A stretch of 64,000 nucleotides of DNA, taken from assembly GCA_021733945.1 (NCBI GenBank), contig JAIPJX010000004.1:12579-76578 (forward strand). Direction: 5' to 3'. This document shows, piece after piece, positions 10,169-20,606 of the stretch. A program made the position numbers and the translations under genes. The notes under the pieces were generated by a model that saw nothing but the letters and a program-made list of their open reading frames with translations, was not told where the DNA came from and ran no database searches. How positions within the stretch are numbered: the stretch's first letter is position 1; each line of letters opens with the position of its first letter. The stretch is from Verrucomicrobiota bacterium (GTDB taxonomy: Bacteria; Verrucomicrobiota; Verrucomicrobiia; Limisphaerales; SIBE01).

Positions 10169-12259
10169 ATGAAAAATCAATCGCGTCCAGATCTCCCCCA
10201 CTCGCTCGCACCGTTGTTGAGTCGCCGCAAAATGCTCGGGATCTCCGGGTTGGCATCTCTCGGACTCACGCTCGGTCACGAACCCTTCGTGTCCCTGGCT
10301 CAGGCAGCGGAAACCCGGAACCCGGCGAAGCTTGCCCCGTTGAATCGATTCCCGCGAATGGTTCAGGAGTTTTTTGTCAATGAAGTGCGACGGATCGAAT
10401 CCGCCTCTCACGCCGCCAAGGCCAATCTCGCCACGTCCGCCCAAGCACAAGCCCACGTGCGCTCGGTTCGCAACCGCATCCGGGAATGTTTCGGACCGGA
10501 CCCAGAAAAAACGCCCCTGAACGCAAAGACAACCGGCACCGTGGAACGGGACACCTACCGCATCGAGAACATTGTATTCGAGAGTCGCCCCGGGTTCCTG
10601 GTCACCGGCAACCTGTATCTCCCCAAAGGAAGGGCATTCCCCCTGCCCGGCGTCATTGGAGTGTGCGGTCATTCCGTCACCGGGAAAGCCGAACCCGCGT
10701 ATCAATCCTTCTCACAGGGTCTGACGCGCATGGGTTACGTGGTGTTCATCATCGATCCGATCGGTCAGGGCGAACGTCTGCAATACCCGGGACCGGACCT
10801 CAAATCACGCATCGGGGTCGGTGTCCGTGAACATCTGCACGCGGGCAATCAGCAGTTTCTGGTCGGCGAGTTCATCGGAGCCTGGCGGGCCTGGGACGGA
10901 ATTCGCGCGCTGGACTATCTCCTCACCCGCCCCGAGGTCGATCCAAAACATATTGGCGTGACCGGCAATTCAGGGGGCGGAACTCTGACAACCTGGCTCT
11001 GCGGACTCGATTCCCGATGGACCATGGCGGCACCGAGCTGCTTTGTGACCACGTTCCGCAGAAATCTCGAGAACGAACTTCCCGCCGACACCGAACAATG
11101 CCCTCCGCGTGCCCTCGCGCTGGGATTGGATCATGAAGATTTCCTGGCGGCTCTGGCACCCAAACCGATCCTGATTCTTGGAAAGGAGAAGGACTATTTC
11201 GATGCCCGAGGCACGGAGGATGCCTTCGCCCGGCTCAAAAAGCTGTACTACCTGCTCGGAGACGAAGAAAATATCGGACTCTTTCAAGGCCCAACTCACC
11301 ACGGCTACACTCTCGAGAACAGGGAAGCGATGTATCGCTGGTTCAACCGCATCACCGGAATCTCAGAAGCGCGCACGGAACCCGAACTCACGCTCGAAGA
11401 CGAGAAAACTCTCTGGTGCACACCACAGGGACAGGTCTCGGAACTGAAATCACGGACGGTCTTCTCCTTCACAGCCGCAGAATCGGTTCGGTTGCGCAGG
11501 GTCCGACCCGTTCTGAACAGCCAGGATCTGCTGGCAACCGCGATCCGTGTGCTCCGGATTGGGTCCATCGCTGAAACGCCGGATTACAGGATCCTCAGGA
11601 CCCTGCCCTCGCGTGCTTATCCCCGTCCGCATGCAACCACCTACGCCGTGGCAACCGAACCCGGAATTTATTCCCTCGTCATTCGCTTGTCAGACGAACG
11701 GCATCACTCACGTCCACCCCAATCGGGCCCCGAGGCGCAGCTCTACATCGCGCACCAGTCAAGCGACGCGGAACTGCGGGAGGACCCATTCCTTCGCACC
11801 CTGATCGGGGACTCACCGGAAAAGGAATTCTTCGCGTGCGACGTGCGAGGCATCGGTGAATCACGTCCCGACACAGCGGGACAAAACAGCTTTCTCGATC
11901 CCTACGGGAGCGACTATTTTTACGCAATTCATTCGATGATGCTCGACCGCCCGTATGCCGGTCAGCGGACACTCGACGTGCTGGCGGTCCTGAAGTGGCT
12001 GGCGAGTTTCGGGCACAGCAAGGTCCATCTGGCGGCCAGCGGTTGGGGCTGCGTGCCAGCCACTTTTGCGGCTCTGCTCTCTCCATCGGTCACCCGCGTG
12101 ACTCTGAAAAACCCCTTGCCCTCCTACGCAAACCTCGCGGAATCGGAGCTTTATGAATGGCCTCTCTCCTCTTTCATTCCGAACATTCTGGCGAATTTCG
12201 ACCTGCCCGATTGTTATGAAATTCTCCGGAGCAAACACCTCCAACTGATCCAGGAGTGA
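10169..12259 (+). CDS. Tat-exported double alpha/beta hydrolase (acetylxylan-esterase-like)
   Basis: SRRKML Tat-like signal, GNSGGG nucleophile elbow, second degenerate hydrolase domain. Confidence 0.8.
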   Translation: MKNQSRPDLPHSLAPLLSRRKMLGISGLASLGLTLGHEPFVSLAQAAETRNPAKLAPLNRFPRMVQEFFVNEVRRIESASHAAKANLATSAQAQAHVRSVRNRIRECFGPDPEKTPLNAKTTGTVERDTYRIENIVFESRPGFLVTGNLYLPKGRAFPLPGVIGVCGHSVTGKAEPAYQSFSQGLTRMGYVVFIIDPIGQGERLQYPGPDLKSRIGVGVREHLHAGNQQFLVGEFIGAWRAWDGIRALDYLLTRPEVDPKHIGVTGNSGGGTLTTWLCGLDSRWTMAAPSCFVTTFRRNLENELPADTEQCPPRALALGLDHEDFLAALAPKPILILGKEKDYFDARGTEDAFARLKKLYYLLGDEENIGLFQGPTHHGYTLENREAMYRWFNRITGISEARTEPELTLEDEKTLWCTPQGQVSELKSRTVFSFTAAESVRLRRVRPVLNSQDLLATAIRVLRIGSIAETPDYRILRTLPSRAYPRPHATTYAVATEPGIYSLVIRLSDERHHSRPPQSGPEAQLYIAHQSSDAELREDPFLRTLIGDSPEKEFFACDVRGIGESRPDTAGQNSFLDPYGSDYFYAIHSMMLDRPYAGQRTLDVLAVLKWLASFGHSKVHLAASGWGCVPATFAALLSPSVTRVTLKNPLPSYANLAESELYEWPLSSFIPNILANFDLPDCYEILRSKHLQLIQE

Positions 12260-12339
12260 TCCGGCACGCGGGACAAAACGAGTCCGCCGCACAGCACGTT
12301 CCAAAGCCCCCCGAACACGGGCACCGATTGCCGCTGCCG

Positions 12340-12613
12340 GCAGTAGGGCGAAACGCACTGCCACCGTTGCGTTGGTGGGGGAGGTAGCGCGAACCGCACC
12401 GCCATTCGTTTAAGAACTGAAATGGTAGGGCGAAGCGTCCCGCTGAGCCGCTCAACTCACTTTCGCTCAACCGCTTGTCGGCTCCCCGGGACGGATTCGC
12501 CCTACCCTCCGAATAGCTTAAACGAATGCCGGTAGGGCGAAGCGTCCCCGCTGAGCCGCCCCCCTGCAAGGTCCACATCCCCGAAACCGCTCACCGGGAC
12601 GGTTCGCGCCACC
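12340..12613. repeat. REP cluster (GTAG-headed REP doublets) with a nested IS4-like MITE at 12397-12534
   Basis: GGTAGGGCGAAGCGTCCC(C)GCTGAGCCG and GGTAGCGCGAACCG units; homologous to the 8.7, 22.4, 38.8 and 56.6 kb clusters. Confidence 0.85.
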
Positions 12614-12632
12614 TTTGTGCGCCCTGCCGTTC

Positions 12633-12673
12633 AAAAAAAAACGAGCCCCGCTTTTCAAAGCGTGGCTCGTTTC
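12633..12673 (-). terminator. Intrinsic terminator (possibly bidirectional)
   Basis: A9-CGAGCCCCGCTTT-TC-AAAGCGTGGCTCG-TTT hairpin between convergent genes. Confidence 0.7.
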
Positions 12674-12695
12674 TCAAACTGAGACCGATGCGCGG

Positions 12696-12860
12696 TTAAG
12701 GTTTCTCTTCTGGAGACCAGTTTTCCAATTGGATGTACTGTTTGATTTTCCGTCGTTCATACCGGCTTTTCTGAGGTTTTTCCGGCCTGTCTCCAACTTG
12801 TGAGAACGGGTGTTTCCGACTGCGAATCAATTCGGGTATTGCATCGGGAGGTTTGCTCAT
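12696..12860 (-). CDS. Small basic hypothetical protein (54 aa)
   Basis: MSKPPDAIPELIRSRKHPFSQVGDRPEKPQKSRYERRKIKQYI...; GAAAGGA RBS upstream and a terminator downstream. Confidence 0.65.
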   Translation of the reverse strand: MSKPPDAIPELIRSRKHPFSQVGDRPEKPQKSRYERRKIKQYIQLENWSPEEKP

Positions 12861-13164
12861 AGACTGAGTTCCTTTCGTTGAACTGAGGGAAGGCGCCATT
12901 CGGCGCGTGTACCATGCAGCCTCGTTACAGAGGTTGCCCTTCTTGAAGAACTGACAGTGAATCGCCACTTCATGAAAGTTTCGACCGCTGTGCTGCGCGA
13001 CCGTTCAAACGCTGTGTTTGTTTTTTTGCCCCGGTCGCAGAGCATCCTCAAAACTTTACCACCAGCCAACCCTCAGGCAAGAAAAAAGAAACCCGTGTCA
13101 ATCAGAAAATGAAAATCGAATCACGCGAATCCGCAGGCTCGAAAACATCCCGACTCGGGATCGG

Positions 13165-14067
13165 TCAGGCCACGGAGCTGAACATTCCAGACTGCCATTC
13201 GCCTTCCGCATGCGTGCGGCGAAGGCTCAGGCCGGTCTGTTCGAACACCCATCGCACCTTGGGAAATTGCGTCGTCAGGATTCCCGCCAGAACCAATCGT
13301 CCGCCCGGTCGCAATCGGTTCACAATCCTTTTTGATTCCTGAATCAACAGGGCATCCATCAGGTTTGCGCAGACGACGCCATACCGAACCTTCGCGTGAA
13401 CCGGCAACCGGGTGAGATCCTGAAGCGACAGTTCGATCTTCTGCGCCACACGATTCCGGGTGGCGTTGCCCGTCGCGATCCTCACGGCCTCCGGATCGGC
13501 GTCAAACGCATGCACCGGCCGGTAACCGAGCTTGGCGGCGGAAATCGCGAGAATGCCCGAACCCGTTCCCATGTCCAATAATCCATGCTCCACCATGAGC
13601 TCCCTCGCGTCGTAGAGCTGTTCCAAACAGAACGCCGTGGTCGGATGCCGCCCGGTACCGAAACTCAGACCCGGATCCAGGATCACCGCCTTCTGTCCCG
13701 ACCGACACTTGCGACGGCTCCAGCTCGGTTTGACCAGAAGCCCCGGCCCCACTTCGATCGGCTTAAAATGGCGTTTCCACGATTCGCTCCAATCCTGTTT
13801 ACGCACCTGACGCACGCTCACCCTGCCAGGGGCCGGATCCACACCGGCGCGGCTCAGTGCATCCAGGCCTTCCCGGATAGCCCTGCGATCCACCGACACC
13901 GGGCGGTCCGAGTTTTTCAGATAAACCGAAACGCAGGAAAGGTTCGTGGTGTGATCGACAAAAACGGAGGGCGTCTCGCCAAACTGCGATTCCAGAAGTG
14001 CCACCACCGCCTCTTCCCCTTCGGCACCGGTGGTCACCGCAACGTGCCTCAACAACTCCATTTTCAT
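13165..14067 (-). CDS. prmA: Ribosomal protein L11 methyltransferase
   Basis: DW...WK.HFKP, LDPGLSFGTG.HPTT, LDMGTGSGILAI. Confidence 0.93.
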   Translation of the reverse strand: MKMELLRHVAVTTGAEGEEAVVALLESQFGETPSVFVDHTTNLSCVSVYLKNSDRPVSVDRRAIREGLDALSRAGVDPAPGRVSVRQVRKQDWSESWKRHFKPIEVGPGLLVKPSWSRRKCRSGQKAVILDPGLSFGTGRHPTTAFCLEQLYDARELMVEHGLLDMGTGSGILAISAAKLGYRPVHAFDADPEAVRIATGNATRNRVAQKIELSLQDLTRLPVHAKVRYGVVCANLMDALLIQESKRIVNRLRPGGRLVLAGILTTQFPKVRWVFEQTGLSLRRTHAEGEWQSGMFSSVA

Positions 14068-14684
14068 GAACGATCCCTCCAGGGGGTGAAATTCGCCAGG
14101 TGCACCTCGGTCTTGTGGGGCAGCACCTGCACCACGGTCACACTCGCGTAATCAAATTCAAACCGGGCCATTTTCGGCAGCGGAATATCCAGCAAAATCG
14201 ACAACATCATTCGAATCACCCCGCCGTGGCAGGCCACCGCAATCTGTTGCCCCGCGTGTTTTTCGAGCACGTCCCGCAGCGGAGCCTCCACACGCTCGCG
14301 GAAACCAGCCGCCGACTCCGCTCCCGGAATCCCTCCACGGTCCAATTGATCCAGCCAACGATGCGCCTCCGTTTGAAACCGCTCCTGAACCTGATCCCAA
14401 CTCAACCCTGTCCAGCCCCCAAAATCAACCTCCCGAAATCCATCCACCACGGTGTCCGGACACGACCTGACGCGGTCCCATCCGGCCAGGGTCTGCTGCA
14501 CCCGCTTCATCGGACTGGCGTAGACGGCGTCAAATGACAGGGACGCCAGATACCGGCCCAGGGCCGCCGCCTGCCGCTGTCCTTCCGCCGAGAGATCCAT
14601 GTCGATCCGCCCACCAAACACACGGTGGTAAGGTTCAGCCACTTCAGCGTGGCGAATCAGAAACAGCCGGGTCGGAGTGTCCAT
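14064..14684 (-). CDS. Histidine phosphatase (phosphoglycerate mutase/CobC family)
   Basis: LIRHAE, ASPMKRVQQT, EVDFGGW, CHGGVIR. Confidence 0.88.
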   Translation of the reverse strand: MDTPTRLFLIRHAEVAEPYHRVFGGRIDMDLSAEGQRQAAALGRYLASLSFDAVYASPMKRVQQTLAGWDRVRSCPDTVVDGFREVDFGGWTGLSWDQVQERFQTEAHRWLDQLDRGGIPGAESAAGFRERVEAPLRDVLEKHAGQQIAVACHGGVIRMMLSILLDIPLPKMARFEFDYASVTVVQVLPHKTEVHLANFTPWRDRS

Positions 14685-14694
14685 GGGAATTTGT

Positions 14695-15447
14695 TTACGC
14701 GGGTTCCAGAGCCACTTGCTGGGCTTTGAGCAATTCGCCGATTCCGAGTTTTCCAAGACTGATCATTTCCGCCAGTTGCGATTCGCTGAACGTGGCTTCT
14801 TCGCCCGAACCCTGCACCTCCACAAACTCACCGCCGGAGGTCATCACGATGTTCATATCCACCTCGGCAGCCACATCCTCCGAGTAGGGTAGATCCAGAA
14901 GCGTCCTGCTTCCCACAACCCCCACACTGACCGCAGCCACCGCATGCCGGATCGGATCAACCTGAAGTTTTCCTGATTCCCGGATCTTCCGGATCGCCAA
15001 AACCAATGCCACATACGCCCCGGTGATCGAAGCCGTGCGGGTTCCCCCGTCGGCCTGCAGCACATCGCAATCAACCCACAAGGTCCGCGACCCAAGGGCC
15101 TCCAGATCGACGATCGCACGAATCGAACGTCCGATCAGACGTTGAATTTCCTGCGACCGGCCGTCGATCCGCCCTTTGGAACTGTCGCGCGACTTGCGCT
15201 GATGCGTCGAATACGGGAGCATGGAATACTCGGCGGTGATCCACCCCCCCACCACTCCCTGTTCCTTCATCCATCGGGGCACACCCTCTTCGACGGTCAC
15301 ACCGCAGATCACACGGGTATTTCCCCATTCGATGAGGGTCGAACCGGTGGCGTGCGGCGCAATATGATTTTGAAAACGCACCGGTCGCAGTTGGTCGGGC
15401 AGCCGACCGTCCACCCGGGGGGCCTGGGAAAGATTGTCTTGGGTCAT
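14695..15447 (-). CDS. rph: Ribonuclease PH
   Basis: AEYSMLP, GRSQEIQRLIGRS, CDVLQADGGTRTASITG. Confidence 0.96.
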   Translation of the reverse strand: MTQDNLSQAPRVDGRLPDQLRPVRFQNHIAPHATGSTLIEWGNTRVICGVTVEEGVPRWMKEQGVVGGWITAEYSMLPYSTHQRKSRDSSKGRIDGRSQEIQRLIGRSIRAIVDLEALGSRTLWVDCDVLQADGGTRTASITGAYVALVLAIRKIRESGKLQVDPIRHAVAAVSVGVVGSRTLLDLPYSEDVAAEVDMNIVMTSGGEFVEVQGSGEEATFSESQLAEMISLGKLGIGELLKAQQVALEPA

Positions 15448-15586
15448 GGGATAAAGGGATCTAAACAAACAGGCGCTTCGAATATACGGTCAGCACCCGG
15501 ATTTGGACCGGAACCTGAACCGCACGAAGCGCCAGCAACTGGATTAACTGGATTGAGTCTAATGCCGGAACGAGTGTGTCCGGGCC

Positions 15587-15889
15587 TCAAACCTCGAAGT
15601 CAAAAACAAGCACGGACTCCAAGAACGGAGCCACCACCACCTTGACCCGCTCCTGTTCCGGATGGGTCATGTACGCATCGCGTGCAGGCCGGTCCTGAAA
15701 AGTCATGATGAATCCGTGCGTGAACCCGTGGTTGAGTCCCTCGCTGGTAAAATCGTCGCCAGCCACGTAATCCTCGATTCCAGGAATGGATTCGCTGAGT
15801 TCCAAAAGGTCGTCAAAGACCTGATCAATCTGTTCCGGAGAGGTTCCCTCCTTAAACTTTATTAAAGCAATATGTTTTACTTTGGACAT
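15587..15889 (-). CDS. Dabb (stress-responsive A/B barrel) protein
   Basis: KHIALIKFK, IPGI, GFTHGFIMTF...DAYMTHPE. Confidence 0.85.
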   Translation of the reverse strand: MSKVKHIALIKFKEGTSPEQIDQVFDDLLELSESIPGIEDYVAGDDFTSEGLNHGFTHGFIMTFQDRPARDAYMTHPEQERVKVVVAPFLESVLVFDFEV

Positions 15890-16249
15890 AATCTCGATTC
15901 GCGGCTTCTCCGCGCCCTTTCCGGCTCGTCATCGTTGACGATGGTTAAAATCCGTGCGCTCCGACCTCACATCATCATGGAATCGGCGCGTGTTCAGGCA
16001 GCTCTTCTTCCGGGCATTGCCGCCACACTGGCGCGCCTCCGTGCTAGAAGTCCCCAGAGGAACGGTCGTAACGCCCCACAAAGGCGTCACCGCAATCCAA
16101 CATCGCGTCTGCGCCGCTCACAGACACGGGACCGATTCCGTTCGCCGATTATGGTTGAAGCATCCCTGTTGTCAATGACCGCAATTGATCCGTCTTCAAA
16201 CACCATCGCTCCATCCCTCCCCAACCTTCCCCACGTCCGATGGGATTCT

Positions 16250-16801
16250 TTACTCGCTCTTGTCCGCCTCTTTCTTGATAAACTTCAGCGACACGGAATT
16301 AATGCAGTATCTCAGGCCTGTCGGCGCAGGACCATCGTCAAACACATGACCCAGATGGGCATCGCATCGGGCGCAAAGCACTTCGTTTCGAACCATGAAA
16401 AACGAACGATCCTTCTCCGTCTTAACGTTGACCTTGGACACGGGCGTCCAGAAACTGGGCCAACCGGTGCCCGATTCAAACTTGGTTTCCGACGCAAAAA
16501 GTTCGTTCCCACAGCAGATGCATTGGTAAACCCCCTTCTCCTTGTTATTCCAGTATTCTCCAGTGAATGCGCGTTCGGTCCCCTTTTTCCGCGCGACACG
16601 ATACTGCTCGGGCGTCAGCAATTTTTTCCATTCCGAATCGGTCTTCATGACTTTTTCATCCGTGCCGACTTCTGTTTTCGAGGGTTTCACCGCAGCATCC
16701 GTCGGCTCACCAGCCGCGGCTTCCTGCGGCTCCGCTTTCGCTCCTGCGAATGTGAACGCCGCAATCACAGCGGCCATCAACAGTAATGCAAACGTTTTCA
16801 T
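16250..16801 (-). CDS. msrB: Peptide-methionine (R)-S-oxide reductase, exported
   Basis: [33 protein letters not shown]; signal peptide. Confidence 0.95.
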   Translation of the reverse strand: MKTFALLLMAAVIAAFTFAGAKAEPQEAAAGEPTDAAVKPSKTEVGTDEKVMKTDSEWKKLLTPEQYRVARKKGTERAFTGEYWNNKEKGVYQCICCGNELFASETKFESGTGWPSFWTPVSKVNVKTEKDRSFFMVRNEVLCARCDAHLGHVFDDGPAPTGLRYCINSVSLKFIKKEADKSE

Positions 16802-16908
16802 ACCTTCGATTAACCTTTCCCCCGGCCATCCGCGCAACCAAAAAATTCCCCCTATGCCCACCGCGGTTTCGCCCGCAACCACGGCGACACCCCGGACCAA
16901 CAAACCTC

Positions 16909-17530
16909 TCAGACCGATCGGAATTCCCGGTTCCGGATCGGCAACGACCGAATGCGCACGCCCGTGGCGGACGCAAGGGCGTTGGCGATCGCCGGAGCCA
17001 CGGCCACAATCGGGGTTTCCCCGGCACCGACCGACGGCACATCCGGCCGGTCCACAAGCACTGTTTCAATCAACGGCACATCCCGGAACCTCGGCACCCG
17101 ATAACCCGAGAAACGCGGGTTCAATATCCGCCCCTCCGCAAATCGGATCTCCTCGTGCAACGCACCCCCGAGTCCCTGGATGATGCAGCCCTCAATCTGT
17201 TTCCGCAGGTTCAAGGGATTCTGCACCGCCCCGCATTCGAATGCCACGCAGACCTCGGCGACTTTGAACCGCCCCGCGTTCCGGTCCACGGAGAGCTCCA
17301 CACAGGTCGCCACATACGATCCTTTTTCCGTACCGCACGCCAACCCCACGGCTTGAGCCTCGGAACCCTTCACGCGGCTCCGACGCCCGGCCCAGTCGAA
17401 CCGTTCCACGGCAGCCTCCAGAACCGCCCGCAATCGTTCGTGCTTCAAGTGCCTCAACCGAAACGCCAGCGGATCCGCCCCCGCCGAAACCGCCAGTTCG
17501 TCCATGAACGATTCCCGGGCAAATACATTT
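16909..17530 (-). pseudogene. C-terminal fragment of a molybdopterin oxidoreductase large subunit (IorB/xanthine dehydrogenase family)
   Basis: NVFARESFMDELA...DP..FR, QIEG..IQGLG, GAGETP; only about 205 aa and no proper start. Confidence 0.8.
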
Positions 17531-17962
17531 GAGGATGTTTCCGTAACCGCAGCAGCGACAGAGATTGCCATTCATCGCGTCGATGATCTCGCCACGGGAC
17601 GCTTTCGGATTTCGTTCCAAAAGACTGGTCGCGGTCAGGATCATGCCCGGCACGCAATACCCGCACTGCATGGCGTCTTCGTCGACAAACGCCTGTTGGA
17701 CCGGGTGCAGCTGATCGCCCTGGGTGAGGCCTTCGATCGTGCGCACGGTCTTGTTTTGCACGGCGGCCACGGGCGTGAGGCAGGAAGGAGTCGGACTCCC
17801 GTCGATCAGCACCGTACAGGCCCGGCACTGCCCTTCGCCGCAGCCGTACTTGGTGCCGGTCAGCCCGAGATCCTCCCGGAGCACTTCGAGCAACGGCCTC
17901 CGCGGATCACTCCGGACCGCGCGATCCACGCTGTTGAGTTGAAATTTGATTTCTATCTCCAT
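17530..17962 (-). pseudogene. (2Fe-2S)-binding small subunit (IorA/CoxS-like), 3' end lost and running out of frame into the large-subunit fragment
   Basis: GTKYGCGEGQCRACTV, QCGYC.PG, NLCRCCGY; read-through to the stop at 17192. Confidence 0.8.
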
Positions 17963-18062
17963 GACTTCGGCCCTCCTTGTTCGTCAGTTCGATCGACTCA
18001 CTTCGGATGGATGTTGATTTCCCCGATACTGTAACTGATCGCCCCAATCTCACAACTCCCAT

Positions 18063-18099
18063 AAAAAAGCGGGGAGAAGAGTTTCCTCTTCTCCCCGCC
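18063..18099 (-). terminator. Intrinsic terminator
   Basis: GCGGGGAGAAGAG-GAAA-CTCTTCTCCCCGC-TTTTTT on the minus strand. Confidence 0.85.
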
Positions 18100-18143
18100 A
18101 AAGGCCGCACCACAGCCAACCGTCACCCTAAACCGACAACCAG

Positions 18144-18497
18144 CTAGTTCGCCGGACGGCGCCGACGCTGGCCCTGATCCTCTCCCTGCCCAGGTCCACC
18201 CTGTCCAGGACCACGCCCCGGACCGCGACCGGGACGTGCCCCCATGAATTCTTCAGGGGTGAGCTTGCCGTTCTTGTCCGCATCGAGTTTCTTGAGCACC
18301 GCGACGGCGTTCTCGATTTCCTTGGCATCGATTTCCCCGTCGCCGTTGGCGTCGAGCGCAGCGATGATCGCGGGCATCGGACGCTGCCGTCCCTCACCAC
18401 CAGGCCCGGGCTGAGGGCGCCGTTCCGCATCCTGAGCCATCACACCCACGACGGGCATACCAATCAGAACCGCTGCAAGGATAGTTTTTGTGTTCAT
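18144..18497 (-). CDS. Secreted EF-hand protein
   Basis: Signal peptide; DANGDGEIDAKE and DADKNGKLTPEE loops; G/P/R-rich tails. Confidence 0.85.
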   Translation of the reverse strand: MNTKTILAAVLIGMPVVGVMAQDAERRPQPGPGGEGRQRPMPAIIAALDANGDGEIDAKEIENAVAVLKKLDADKNGKLTPEEFMGARPGRGPGRGPGQGGPGQGEDQGQRRRRPAN

Positions 18498-18709
18498 AAT
18501 GATCTTGTGGTTGTCTTCGCCCCCGGGAAACCCGCCTGCGCCGATCGAGGCGCTGGATTTGAGGCGGACGCCAGAGAGCAAAGCCCGAGCCCCGGGACTA
18601 TTGAATCATGTTTTATCTCGTGGCTCATCTTTCTTGCCATCCATCAGACCACGGCTGTGTAAAGATCGTATGAGCACGGAACAGGAGAATTGTTAAGCAA
18701 TTGTAAAAA

Positions 18710-20422
18710 TCACTTCAATCCGCAGATTCCCTTGATTCGAACCAGGGCATCCTCCAGGGAAACCATCTCGGGTTTGGCTTCCTTGCGGAGTTTGAACTCG
18801 ATCTGATCCCCCGTGCGTTTGCTGATCGTGAGCCGGATCGGGAGCCCCAGCAAATCGGCGTCTCCGAACTTCTCCCCCGCGCGGAGGGGCCGGTCATCGA
18901 ACAGCACCTCGATTCCCTCGCTCTGCAACCGGGCATAGAGCGCCTCGCACTGGCGGTTGATTTCCTCGTCCTCCAGATTCAGCGCGATCAGATGCACCTG
19001 ATAGGGGGCGATCTGCGGCGGCCACAGGATCCCGCGATCATCATGGTTCTGCTCGATGCACGCCGCAGCGATCCGGCTCACGCCGATCCCGTAACACCCC
19101 ATCACCACGGGATTCGATTTGCCTTGGGCATCCAGGACTTTGCAGCCCATGGCCTCGGAGTATTTCGTGCCCAACTTGAAGATGTGCCCGATTTCAATGC
19201 CTCGCGCTGATTGCAGTTTCCCCTGGCATTGGGGGCAACCGTCTCCCTCCCGGGCCATCCGGAAATCTCCAAATTCAGGCAAGGGGAGGTCGCGTCCGAA
19301 ATTCACGTTGACGTTGTGATGATCAGTCTGATTGGCACCACACTCGAAGTTCACCCTGCCATTGACATAATGGTCCGCCAGCACCAGCACATCCGCTGGC
19401 AGGCCGATCGGCCCGGCGTACCCAACCTCCGCCCCGGTCAGGGTCTTGATTCGGCCGGGTGAGGCCAGCCGGAGACTTTTGCATCCAAGCCGGTTGACCA
19501 CCTTGATCTCGTTCACATCGCAATCGCCCCGGACCATCACCGCCACCACCTTGTCGTCGGCTTCAAAAATGAGGGTCTTTGTCGTTTTCCAAAGCGGTAT
19601 CTTCAGGAACTCGGAAAGAGGCCCCGTCCCGATCAACCCCTTCCCCAGCACCGCTTCCATCGGTTTGAGCTCGGTCTCCTGCTCAAACTCTTCCAGCCGG
19701 CTGCTGGCTTTTTCCTGGTTCGCCGCACAATCACAGGCATCGCAGAACAGGATCGTGTCCTCACCCGTATCGGCCAAAACCATAAACTCCTGACTGCCGC
19801 TGCCACCGATCGCGCCGGAATCCGCCGCCACGGCACGATACTGAAACCCGATCCGCTCGCAGATCCGGTGATACGCCTTGCGCATGGCTTCATACGCTAC
19901 TTCCAGCCCTGCTTCATCAACGTCGAAGCTGTAGGCATCCTTCATGATGAATTCCCGGGCGCGCATCAGCCCGAACCGCGGCCGGATCTCATCCCGGAAC
20001 TTGGTCTGGATCTGAAACACAGATTTGGGAAGGTCCTTGTACGACTTGAGGTCCCGACGCAGGATATCCGTCACAACCTCCTCATGCGTCGGCCCCAGGC
20101 AGACCATCGCCCCTCGTCGGTCCTTGAATGCGAACATGATACCGTCTATCGCGGTGTATCGTTCCCATCGTCCCGTTTCCTCCCACAACTCCCGGCTCTG
20201 CAGTGCCGGCATCAGCATCTCCTCAGATCCTGCCGCCACCATCTCCTCGCGCACAATCTGTGAAATCTTGTTCAGCGTCCGCAACAACAACGGGAGGTAA
20301 CTGTAGACCCCGGCCGAAAGCTGTTGAATATATCCACCTCTCACCATCAACGCGTGCGCTGCGGATTGCGCGTCTTTCGGCGCTTCCCGCAGTGTTTTTC
20401 CAATATGTCTGCTCTGTCTCAT
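18710..20422 (-). CDS. proS: Proline--tRNA ligase
   Basis: LGPTHEE, KFRDEIRPRFGLMR.REF.MKDAYSF, MGCYGIGVSR, editing insertion present. Confidence 0.97.
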   Translation of the reverse strand: MRQSRHIGKTLREAPKDAQSAAHALMVRGGYIQQLSAGVYSYLPLLLRTLNKISQIVREEMVAAGSEEMLMPALQSRELWEETGRWERYTAIDGIMFAFKDRRGAMVCLGPTHEEVVTDILRRDLKSYKDLPKSVFQIQTKFRDEIRPRFGLMRAREFIMKDAYSFDVDEAGLEVAYEAMRKAYHRICERIGFQYRAVAADSGAIGGSGSQEFMVLADTGEDTILFCDACDCAANQEKASSRLEEFEQETELKPMEAVLGKGLIGTGPLSEFLKIPLWKTTKTLIFEADDKVVAVMVRGDCDVNEIKVVNRLGCKSLRLASPGRIKTLTGAEVGYAGPIGLPADVLVLADHYVNGRVNFECGANQTDHHNVNVNFGRDLPLPEFGDFRMAREGDGCPQCQGKLQSARGIEIGHIFKLGTKYSEAMGCKVLDAQGKSNPVVMGCYGIGVSRIAAACIEQNHDDRGILWPPQIAPYQVHLIALNLEDEEINRQCEALYARLQSEGIEVLFDDRPLRAGEKFGDADLLGLPIRLTISKRTGDQIEFKLRKEAKPEMVSLEDALVRIKGICGLK

Positions 20423-20606
20423 CTCTAGGTTTCTCCTGAATTCCAGTCAAAAAAGTGCCCGTGTCTTATCCCCGGTTCCCGCCCTGATCGCCAGACAATT
20501 CTTCAATACCCCCAATCTGCCCTTTTCCTGAGAGCCGATTCGTGCTTCCATCGCCCGGACCACGTCCATCGCGTAAGGTCGGCCGATCAATCGATTTTAA
20601 ACCAAC

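Noticed and set aside
12861-13050. Known riboswitch (e.g. c-di-GMP) in the leader
   Set aside because: Consensus elements could not be matched by eye
17192-17571. Programmed frameshift producing a functional fusion
   Set aside because: Most of the large subunit is missing and no slippery site is evident, so a deletion is simpler
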